Part shown: positions 1 through 6,925 of the stretch, in pieces | How the letters are laid out: each line of letters starts with the position of its first letter | How positions within the stretch are numbered: the stretch's first letter is position 1 | IMG/VR virus record: IMGVR_UViG_3300015606_001334 | Span: 256,001 to 320,000 of that record | DNA from: a virus | Lineage: Duplodnaviria; Caudoviricetes | Reading direction: 5' to 3' (one strand) | Length of the DNA stretch: 64,000 nt | Position numbers and translations under genes: made by a program | Notes under the pieces: generated by a model | Databases searched by the model: none | Told to the model about the DNA's origin: nothing | What the model saw: only the letters and a program-made list of their open reading frames with translations

Positions 1-2
1 TT

Positions 3-113
3 TTAGAACCTACAACCTATTCGTTCTTCTGTGAAGATTGCCTTGTAAATGTCTGGGAGTGCAAACAGCAAAACGACTCCAACCATTCCTAGCAGGATGT
101 AAAGAATTGTCAT
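3..113 (-). CDS. small membrane protein (36 aa, below ORF-track cutoff)
   Basis: Manual translation MTILYILLGMVGVVLLFALPDIYKAIFTEERIGCRF*; hydrophobic N-terminus; ATG 1 nt after the stop of the 390-aa gene. Confidence 0.5.
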   Translation of the reverse strand: MTILYILLGMVGVVLLFALPDIYKAIFTEERIGCRF

Positions 114-114
114 G

Positions 115-1287
115 TTAGAACTCGATCAACGGTTTGCCATTTGTCCCAGAACCAGGAGCTGTATTAGCAAGCTTTGCTATCTCGATTCGCTTCTCGACCG
201 CGAGTTCTTTCACTGGCTTTTCTTTCTTTGGCTTATCCTTGGAAGGACGAGCAACCAGGTTCGGGTTAGGACAATCGTTTTCGAGGTCCCAGCGGTAGTA
301 GAGACGGGCCAAATGGACGGATTGAGGTTTCTCCATTACTTCAAAATCTAGTTCACCCTTATCATTCTTGTAGACGTCAGGATGTAGATAATGGTCCCAC
401 TTATTGCGATAGCAGATATCGGCGAGGATCGCGTTGAACTGATCGACCAATTCGGTACGTTGACCCCAAGTTCCTGCAAATGGTGTACCTTTGTAGAAAC
501 CAGTCTTAGGTAGCTTACGAGATTCATTCTCGATCGGCAAGGCAGAAATCAGCTCAACATAATCCATGCCAAGACCTTGAATCTGCTTCTCATACTCCAT
601 GAGCATGTTACTCAGCGCGATGTCTGGTTTGTCTTGCCGCATGAGATGATGACGAATGTCAATGTTGCCGAAATAGAGAGTCAGCTTCTTGATTTGCGGC
701 CCGAAAGGATCAATAAACGATTTCAATCCTCGTTTCAATGCTCCATACATGGTTTGCCCGTCATTACGACAGACTGCCATGCCAGGCTTATACATTGAGA
801 AGGTGTGAGAATCACCAAGAGCGAGATGATCAAGGCCGATATGGTTTGCCATACTCTCTTGAGTCATGAAATCCATCTTAGCACAAGCAGCGGTGATGCC
901 ATCCCAGTCGGTATTTCGCCAAACGTCAGAGCAAGCTTTGAGTCGTCCCTTACCGAGAGCACCATAGTCGGGCATTGCTCGATCCAAAGAAACCAAAGAG
1001 ATTGGATCAACGCTTAGAAGCCTACCTAGACGTTGAGCAGGCTCATCTTGAGCTCCACCGAACAGGTTAAGAGACTCGCCGTTGAATTCCATTCCATGGT
1101 CTAGGTAGATGAGGTCGTAACCATCCCAAGATTCTTCATTGTGAAGCACCTTGATTTCAACATCGCCTTCACCGAGCTGATTGAAGTAGTGTTTGAGTTG
1201 GTTCGCCCACAAATACGCCCAACCTCCCTTATGGGAAGTAGGACGCGGAGATACCGTACCAACTACTTGGTCAATTGCAATTTTCAT
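115..1287 (-). CDS. SGNH/GDSL-hydrolase-fold protein (putative acyltransferase/esterase) in modification operon
   Basis: Block I-like LALGDSH, block III-like YFGNID, block V-like SVHL; unrecognised ~150-aa N-terminal domain. Confidence 0.55.
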   Translation of the reverse strand: MKIAIDQVVGTVSPRPTSHKGGWAYLWANQLKHYFNQLGEGDVEIKVLHNEESWDGYDLIYLDHGMEFNGESLNLFGGAQDEPAQRLGRLLSVDPISLVSLDRAMPDYGALGKGRLKACSDVWRNTDWDGITAACAKMDFMTQESMANHIGLDHLALGDSHTFSMYKPGMAVCRNDGQTMYGALKRGLKSFIDPFGPQIKKLTLYFGNIDIRHHLMRQDKPDIALSNMLMEYEKQIQGLGMDYVELISALPIENESRKLPKTGFYKGTPFAGTWGQRTELVDQFNAILADICYRNKWDHYLHPDVYKNDKGELDFEVMEKPQSVHLARLYYRWDLENDCPNPNLVARPSKDKPKKEKPVKELAVEKRIEIAKLANTAPGSGTNGKPLIEF

Positions 1288-1409
1288 TTTTCAAATTCTT
1301 TTGCGATTTGAGAAACGACGAACCGATTGGTTTCTTTATTCCGTTTGAGCTCTCTCCAGGTGTCGAAACCAAGAGCAACCACTGCTAGGACAATTGCGCC
1401 AATAAGCAT
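1284..1409 (-). CDS. small membrane-anchored protein (41 aa)
   Basis: MLIGAIVLAVVALGFDTWRELKRNKETNRFVVSQIAKEFEK*; GGAG SD; ATGA overlap with the next gene; lies just downstream of a sigma70 promoter. Confidence 0.6.
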   Translation of the reverse strand: MLIGAIVLAVVALGFDTWRELKRNKETNRFVVSQIAKEFEK

Positions 1410-1430
1410 CGTTTCATCTCCAAAAAGATT

Positions 1431-1460
1431 ATTATAACACATGTGTTAATCCTGTGAAAC
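1431..1460 (-). promoter_or_regulatory. sigma70-type early promoter
   Basis: Minus strand G-TTTCAC-17 nt-TATAAT with extended -10 TG. Confidence 0.6.
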
Positions 1461-1489
1461 TGATAAGTGAAAATTAACACATGTGTTAA
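1435..1489. repeat. two copies of perfect palindrome TAACACATGTGTTA (operator-like)
   Basis: 1435-1448 and 1474-1489 (TTAACACATGTGTTAA), centres 40 bp apart. Confidence 0.85.
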
Positions 1490-1491
1490 CG

Positions 1492-2643
1492 TTAGAACAC
1501 AATCAACTGAGAGGCGGGCTTCGCCACCTTATCAACCGATTTTTCGAGTTCAAGTATCGCGCCATCGCAGACAGAATCGTCCTCAAGACGAGCAACCTTA
1601 CGCTTCGAAATGAGATGTGGGTTCTCTTTGAGGTAGCAATAGACACCAAACTGGCATAGAGAAACTTCAGTGGTGTAGACCTTCAGGTCGTCTTGATCGT
1701 CTTCAAAAACCTTTCGACCACCTTCAACTTCAAAGTTGTGGAAGAACTCATGTGAACGAACAGGCTCTTCAAAGATCTTCTCTTGATTCTCGCGGATCCA
1801 GATTGTTAGATCGCCATAAGGCATCTTCTTGATTCGACCACTTGCCTTCAATGGGGCAAAGATTCGATCTAGGGATTCACGAGCGCCAGGACCAGGAGCG
1901 CAGAACTCTTCATCATGGTGGAAAGGTAGAGCATAGTTGACAGAGTTGGAAGTAGCACAGTGATAACCGTAGTACTCACCAATACCTGGCTGAGATGTAA
2001 GAATGTTGAACATTCCCTTCAGCGAATCGACCTCAAGGATCTTCTCAATGGTTCCGTCTTTAGACCAAGAAGCAATCCACTCGAGAATGTCTGTTAGACT
2101 TGCTGCTCGGTTTGGATCATTGTACTTCTTTCTGCAGTAATTTCTTGCGGCAGTCTGAAGCGAAGTGTGTAGTTCTGTAGTTCCGTAGAACTTCTTGCCT
2201 TGTTTTTTAGCAAGCGCACAGTTGGCCTTGATTTGCTCGAGGTAGTCCACATCACTAAACAGTCTAGTGAAGTCGATATGGGCTTTCTTCGGGTCCTTAA
2301 TACCAGAGGTAATTTGATGGATGCCGCGAGCTCCATAAAAGTGCGATATGATTGTGTTTCCAATTTTATTCGTAGCCGAAAGTTGGGAATCAGGAATCGC
2401 GACAATGTTCTCGATAATGTAGCGCATACGATCGTCAGCGGTAATCCACTGACCGAAGTATTCGACATCCTCGGCTAGGGCATCGTCGCCCTTATTGTCG
2501 TATGAATCACGGAGATCGTATTGCTTTTCCCACTTCTCATTAACACGGTGTAGGAAGAACTCATACTTCTCTATTGCTGCGCGATCCAAAAAGTCTCCGT
2601 ATTGGGATCGCACTATGATATTATCGTTCTTTGCGGTTGCCAT
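1492..2643 (-). CDS. alpha-glutamyl/putrescinyl thymine pyrophosphorylase (aGPT-Pplase clade 1)-like base:DNA transferase
   Basis: HhH-like QPGIGEYYGY, then APGPGARESL and C-terminal EVSLCQFGVY, matching the GxG..GPGA..ExxLC(E/Q)xxxY pattern of this family. Confidence 0.65.
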   Translation of the reverse strand: MATAKNDNIIVRSQYGDFLDRAAIEKYEFFLHRVNEKWEKQYDLRDSYDNKGDDALAEDVEYFGQWITADDRMRYIIENIVAIPDSQLSATNKIGNTIISHFYGARGIHQITSGIKDPKKAHIDFTRLFSDVDYLEQIKANCALAKKQGKKFYGTTELHTSLQTAARNYCRKKYNDPNRAASLTDILEWIASWSKDGTIEKILEVDSLKGMFNILTSQPGIGEYYGYHCATSNSVNYALPFHHDEEFCAPGPGARESLDRIFAPLKASGRIKKMPYGDLTIWIRENQEKIFEEPVRSHEFFHNFEVEGGRKVFEDDQDDLKVYTTEVSLCQFGVYCYLKENPHLISKRKVARLEDDSVCDGAILELEKSVDKVAKPASQLIVF

Positions 2644-2647
2644 ATTC

Positions 2648-3100
2648 TTATTCTATTGAGGTACCGTTCTTAGTTAGCTTTTCAACCACATCAGCTGGAA
2701 GACTTCCATCTTCAGGCCAAGGGTTTCGAACGTTTTCCTTTTCTGTTAGGGAATGAACGATGTGAACAACTGTAACGCCTTTGATTCCGTAGATGTCAAG
2801 CACTCGTTCGATTTCGGCCTTTTGAATCTCATCGTCTTCAAAGTGCACACCTATATTTACACCGCTCTGAACAAGCTCTTTGATGGTGTAGCCCTTATGG
2901 GTTCCAGAAGATTTACGATCCTTCTTATCAAAAGGAAGCTTGTTGAAGAACACTGCGTTGTTGATGCCCTTGCTACGAAGCATGGCATAGGTTTCACGAG
3001 CTTCTTCGAATGAACGGCCCGTAATTAGAACGTCGTTAGGGCCAGGATAGAGACCAACAGTCACTACACCGTCAATATCAAATGTGTTGATTGTTTTCAT
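2648..3100 (-). CDS. HAD-superfamily phosphatase (minimal, cap-less)
   Basis: Motif I FDIDGV, motif II ITGRS, motif III K, motif IV FEDD. Confidence 0.8.
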   Translation of the reverse strand: MKTINTFDIDGVVTVGLYPGPNDVLITGRSFEEARETYAMLRSKGINNAVFFNKLPFDKKDRKSSGTHKGYTIKELVQSGVNIGVHFEDDEIQKAEIERVLDIYGIKGVTVVHIVHSLTEKENVRNPWPEDGSLPADVVEKLTKNGTSIE

Positions 3101-3213
3101 TTAATCTTACTCCAGATTTGTTGAAAATCTGGAGTGATAATAAAACTCCAACCCTCAGGGACAAACTCAGGATAAATGTGTGATGAGCCGTCACTATGCT
3201 TATAGAATTTCAT
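3097..3213 (-). CDS. small protein (38 aa) translationally coupled to the HAD gene
   Basis: MKFYKHSDGSSHIYPEFVPEGWSFIITPDFQQIWSKIK*; fills the gap between genes, AAGGA upstream, ATGA overlap at 3097-3100. Confidence 0.55.
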   Translation of the reverse strand: MKFYKHSDGSSHIYPEFVPEGWSFIITPDFQQIWSKIK

Positions 3214-3964
3214 TTTTCTTTTTCCTTTTCCAAATGCGTGGTCGACCGTTGAACCCTGAAAAGACTTGTTCGAATTCAGTTCGAATTAAGTCATGGACTC
3301 GTCGAGAAGCAGTCATTCCTGAGACTTCCTTACCGTCGATGAGATATTTATCGAAGTGGCCGTAGTGTTGCGGCGAGCAGAAGCTAGTAGTTTCGACCAA
3401 ATACTGTTCAGCCATTTTCATTAGCTCTAATGTCGGACCCATTGGCTCTTTAAAATGCTCAATCGTTTCAAGGCACACCACAACATCGAAGGTCCATTGC
3501 TTAGGAATATTCGTCAAAGTCTGACAATAACTCCCAGTATGCTTTAGCAAGCGTGAACATGATTCAATTTGTTCTTGAACATCGTTGAATGATGTTACTG
3601 AATTGAATCCCATTCGAATTAAATCGATTGTGGTAAGACCAATCCCATTGTAATAATCTAAGCAGCTAAGATTTTCAACGTTTATTCCTGCTTCCTTGAA
3701 ATACTTCGCCATATTACCAGTGGCAGCACCAGATGATACGACGTAAGTCCAGATACACTCGATCAGGTAGTCCTTATGTTGATACCAACTAAAATCCGTG
3801 AACCCCGAATCATTCCAGATTTTACCCAAATCGGCAGAAAATTGCTTCAATTTACGATTGAATTCACTACCCTTTTCAGAATAGAATTCGAAGTCTTCTA
3901 CGCCAGGAACGGCAGCAGAAATCAGCTCTTTAAAGCTATCAAGTTTGGTTTTCTTAGAAGTCAT
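3200..3964 (-). CDS. class I SAM-dependent methyltransferase-like protein
   Basis: Motif I-like CLDYYNGIG and FDVVVCLETIEHF; start at 3964 (MTSKK, AAGGA SD) preferred over 4018. Confidence 0.7.
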   Translation of the reverse strand: MTSKKTKLDSFKELISAAVPGVEDFEFYSEKGSEFNRKLKQFSADLGKIWNDSGFTDFSWYQHKDYLIECIWTYVVSSGAATGNMAKYFKEAGINVENLSCLDYYNGIGLTTIDLIRMGFNSVTSFNDVQEQIESCSRLLKHTGSYCQTLTNIPKQWTFDVVVCLETIEHFKEPMGPTLELMKMAEQYLVETTSFCSPQHYGHFDKYLIDGKEVSGMTASRRVHDLIRTEFEQVFSGFNGRPRIWKRKKKNEIL

Positions 3965-4139
3965 CTGGTTGTGGTCCTTTGCAATCTGGACAAGACTGCA
4001 TGAATGGAAGACCTTCATAGTCGATAGTGTTCAATGCTAGCAAACCGCCGTAGTCGTAGCAAGTTTTGCATTGGTACTCTACGCCTTCTTCAGGCTCAAT
4101 GAAAGGTTCCCAAATTGGGTTGTTGTTATCGAAAGTCAT
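3954..4139 (-). CDS. small Zn-finger-like protein
   Basis: CKTC...CPDC; ATG at 4139 with GGGAG SD preferred to the TTG at 4196. Confidence 0.55.
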   Translation of the reverse strand: MTFDNNNPIWEPFIEPEEGVEYQCKTCYDYGGLLALNTIDYEGLPFMQSCPDCKGPQPDDF

Positions 4140-4641
4140 TCTTATACTCCCAATGAAATCCTGCGGCTCTAATTCCGGTCCGAATAGCTCTAGCAATGTT
4201 TGGCGAGTTGACGGCTCTCATTGCATGATTTATACTGTCAAATACTTCGCCAGTCTCTATGCAAATAACCTTCTTAGAAGTCAGGCATCCGTTATCAGCC
4301 GAAATCTTTGCGGACTTTTCAGGATTTTTCTTATGCCAATCATGAAGATTCCGTGTTCCGGTAATTTTTCCAGCAGTTTTACCACCCTTTAGCCCACCTA
4401 ATCGAGGCCCACCTGCTTTTGCGCTATTCTTTCCACCTCTTGAACAAGCTTCCTTATGCGCGTGTTCAGAAAGATTGATCATGTTTAGATATGCAAATCG
4501 TAAACCAAAATGATCCGGAAATTGTTCACACAATAGTCGATGAGCCTCAATATGTTGGTCATATGTTAATTCTACAAGATTGGACGGATCATCAGACCCG
4601 CCCATACATCTTGGAATTATGTGATGCTTATAAAGCTTCAC
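4126..4641 (-). CDS. HNH homing endonuclease with C-terminal NUMOD1-like domain
   Basis: HHIIPRCMGGSDDPSNLVELTYDQHIEAH; KKVICIETGEVFDSI...GFHWEY. Confidence 0.85.
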   Translation of the reverse strand: MKLYKHHIIPRCMGGSDDPSNLVELTYDQHIEAHRLLCEQFPDHFGLRFAYLNMINLSEHAHKEACSRGGKNSAKAGGPRLGGLKGGKTAGKITGTRNLHDWHKKNPEKSAKISADNGCLTSKKVICIETGEVFDSINHAMRAVNSPNIARAIRTGIRAAGFHWEYKNDFR

Positions 4642-5936
4642 TCGTAGTCGGTTTTACCGGCTTGGAAGGTGTAAGGCAAGTCTTTAGCGACTGGCTTATT
4701 TTCCTTGAGCTGAGGACGAGTAAGTTTGGTGGTTTCGCGACGAGCTAGAGCATCGCATTCAAACTTAGCGTCTGCAGTGGTCAACTGCAGTGGCGGCGTC
4801 TTCTGAGTCCAGGCGGAAGGGCCGCGTAGGAAACCGACGATACCCATTTCAGAAGCAACCTTACAGAAACGGATAGCAGAAACAACCACACCACCAGAAT
4901 TCGGAGAATCCTGAACAGATAGACGGCAAGTGAACTCATAACGAGCGCCAGCAAAGCCATAAGCAACCATGTCGATATTGCAGACCTTGTTGTCGGAACC
5001 GACATATTGGCCGCCCGGCTTCTGTAGAACGGTTAGAGAAGGACCAGCGAACAAGCTAAGACCGGCAGTTGATTCATTACGAATCGAGTTTTGGCCCTTA
5101 AGCACATTTTCCTTGGAGACGTGCTTGTTATGTAGACGAGACTTTTCGCTCATGTTGAGGAAGTCAGTGTTTGCAGTACGGCCAGTACGGATACCTTCTT
5201 GACCTTGGGTAGAGCCACAAGCCATGTTGAGCTGAATATGTTGGGTAACCATCAGACCAGAGTCAAGCATTGCGCCCTGCAGAACTTCAGACAGACGAGA
5301 TGCACCCCAAGCGGAACGCATATCGGAACCAACGATGGTCAAACCAGCGTCGATGAACTTCTGTTCGTATTCCTGGGTTTCCTCAGTAGAAATGAGGGTA
5401 GGAATACAGTTGACCACGTGACAGCCAGCCTTTAGAGCTGCGTCGATGTAGAAACGAGAAGCGTCTTCCGAACCAACAGGGAGATAGTTGATGACGACAT
5501 CAACCTTGTGATACTTGAGCAGATCGACGATACGATCAAACGATTCGGCAGGAATTGCACCAGTGCGGAAAGAAACATCTTCCGGATAGTCCAGCATCCA
5601 AGGTGCGATGCCGTCCAGTTCAGGACCGGAGTAGACCATTGCTCCATCTTCAACGCAACCACCTTTGGAAGCATCGAGGATAGTTTCGACATGATCCATT
5701 GCGCAGTTCGGCTTGGCGCGCAGAGCATCCTTGAGCTGATGGTTTACTTTACGACGGTCAACGTCGAAACCAGCGACGAACAGAATGTCACCAGCTGCGT
5801 AACCACCGATGTCAGCGTACATCAGACCGACCTTGTCAGCTGGGTTTTCCATGTAATACTGGATACCTTCGACCAAGGACTTTGCACAGTTGCCAACACC
5901 GACGATGGCCACACGAATCTTCTTATTTGTACTCAT
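4638..5936 (-). CDS. ino1: myo-inositol-1-phosphate synthase
   Basis: VAIVGVGNCAKSLVEG, GFDVDRRKV, INYLPVGSE, NTDFLNM, SK, DSPNSGGVVVSAIRFCK, KTPP; strong AAGGAG SD. Confidence 0.93.
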   Translation of the reverse strand: MSTNKKIRVAIVGVGNCAKSLVEGIQYYMENPADKVGLMYADIGGYAAGDILFVAGFDVDRRKVNHQLKDALRAKPNCAMDHVETILDASKGGCVEDGAMVYSGPELDGIAPWMLDYPEDVSFRTGAIPAESFDRIVDLLKYHKVDVVINYLPVGSEDASRFYIDAALKAGCHVVNCIPTLISTEETQEYEQKFIDAGLTIVGSDMRSAWGASRLSEVLQGAMLDSGLMVTQHIQLNMACGSTQGQEGIRTGRTANTDFLNMSEKSRLHNKHVSKENVLKGQNSIRNESTAGLSLFAGPSLTVLQKPGGQYVGSDNKVCNIDMVAYGFAGARYEFTCRLSVQDSPNSGGVVVSAIRFCKVASEMGIVGFLRGPSAWTQKTPPLQLTTADAKFECDALARRETTKLTRPQLKENKPVAKDLPYTFQAGKTDYE

Positions 5937-5959
5937 TGTAGATTTCTCCTTTTGGTTAT

Positions 5960-6060
5960 GTCAGTTTAACGTCACCGCTCGGATCAAGGAAAGGAAGATG
6001 ATCTAAGCCATTGGCCGCAAACGAGTTATTCGCGGGTAGGACGAGTGGAGGGTACCACTA
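5960..6060 (-). ncRNA. candidate structured 5' leader RNA of ino1
   Basis: GC-rich non-coding stretch with several predicted stems (AGUGG/CCACU, CCGCGAA/UUUGCGG, GAUCA/UGAUC, CGUC..ACC/GGUGACG). Confidence 0.35.
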
Positions 6061-6107
6061 TGATAAATATTTACTTATTTTCAACGTGATTTTTCATCGA
6101 TCATTGA

Positions 6108-6137
6108 ATTTTATACTACTTCCAGGAATTTGTAAAC
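6108..6137 (-). promoter_or_regulatory. sigma70-type early promoter for the ino1 operon
   Basis: G-TTTACA-17 nt-TAAAAT; same GTTTACA -35 as the gp55 promoter. Confidence 0.65.
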
Positions 6138-6254
6138 ATGAAAAAGATAGTTAAACCTTTAGACCGCTTCATCTCAAATCACAACAAGTTCTTGACTCCG
6201 TTAGAAGTCATCACCTGCATGTTCATCATTGCAGGCGTCATAAGACACTGGTGA
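6138..6254 (+). CDS. small hypothetical protein (38 aa, hydrophobic C-terminus)
   Basis: MKKIVKPLDRFISNHNKFLTPLEVITCMFIIAGVIRHW*; ATAAATA at 6063-6069 and AGGA upstream. Confidence 0.35.
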   Translation: MKKIVKPLDRFISNHNKFLTPLEVITCMFIIAGVIRHW

Positions 6255-6258
6255 GTGG

Positions 6259-6843
6259 TCAGAGTTTCTTCCACTCAATCTTTCGAGAATCGATGTTCCA
6301 ATCAGGAACATGAGCAACTGCTACAACTTTTGTGTAGGTCTTTGACGGATTGAAGATCAACGCACACTTACCATCATCTTTACTGGTGTAAATAATACCG
6401 TCAAAATTAGCTCTGATGAGCTTATCAACAGCCGGATACTTGTTCACAACATAGATTAGGAAACCATCGTCATGCCATTTGTTGAAATCGTCATCGTCCT
6501 TTACTATTTCTTCTATTTTGGTTATTGCTTCGCGCTGCTTTGGTGTGAGCTTGGACAATCCTTTATCTCGGATACTTTTGTCCAATACGAAAAAATGTTC
6601 TACTTTGGTTATTATCTTGAATAAGTATTCACCATAGTTTCGAATCATGCGATCTTTGAGCTGATCCTCAACGTCGTACGTTGTGTAGAAACCGCCACCA
6701 AAGATCGCAACACCAGTTCGTTGGTGTCCAATAACGACTTTGAACGACGATTTGTCAGCAGTCTTGCTGCGATGGAACACGGTTGCAAGGGAGCCGTACA
6801 ATGCTTCAGTTAGAGTCATTTTCATAATTTGATACGCAATCAT
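6259..6843 (-). CDS. hypothetical protein, possible ADP-ribosyltransferase fold
   Basis: VFH...GGGFYTT...YG...FDGIIY...IFNP pattern; late promoter at 6856-6862; true start may be 6825. Confidence 0.45.
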   Translation of the reverse strand: MIAYQIMKMTLTEALYGSLATVFHRSKTADKSSFKVVIGHQRTGVAIFGGGFYTTYDVEDQLKDRMIRNYGEYLFKIITKVEHFFVLDKSIRDKGLSKLTPKQREAITKIEEIVKDDDDFNKWHDDGFLIYVVNKYPAVDKLIRANFDGIIYTSKDDGKCALIFNPSKTYTKVVAVAHVPDWNIDSRKIEWKKL

Positions 6844-6870
6844 AAAGTATGAAGTTATTTATCAACAGAC

Positions 6871-6899
6871 AAAAAGAAAGGGAGCCGAAGCTCCCTTTT
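6871..6899 (-). terminator. intrinsic terminator after major capsid gene
   Basis: AAAGGGAGC-TTCG-GCTCCCTTT followed by a T-tract. Confidence 0.85.
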
Positions 6900-6925
6900 C
6901 ATTTTTTTGCTACTTACGCCTAATC

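Noticed and set aside
3200-4018. DNA adenine/cytosine methyltransferase
   Set aside because: Lacks DPPY/NPPY or PC catalytic motifs
115-5936. Host chromosomal DNA flanking a prophage
   Set aside because: Codon style, promoter type, an HNH homing endonuclease and the phage-type transferase match the rest of the window; no integrase or att site seen
5960-6060. tRNA or known riboswitch in the ino1 leader
   Set aside because: No TTC-loop or cloverleaf and no recognisable aptamer consensus; kept only as an unknown structured RNA candidate
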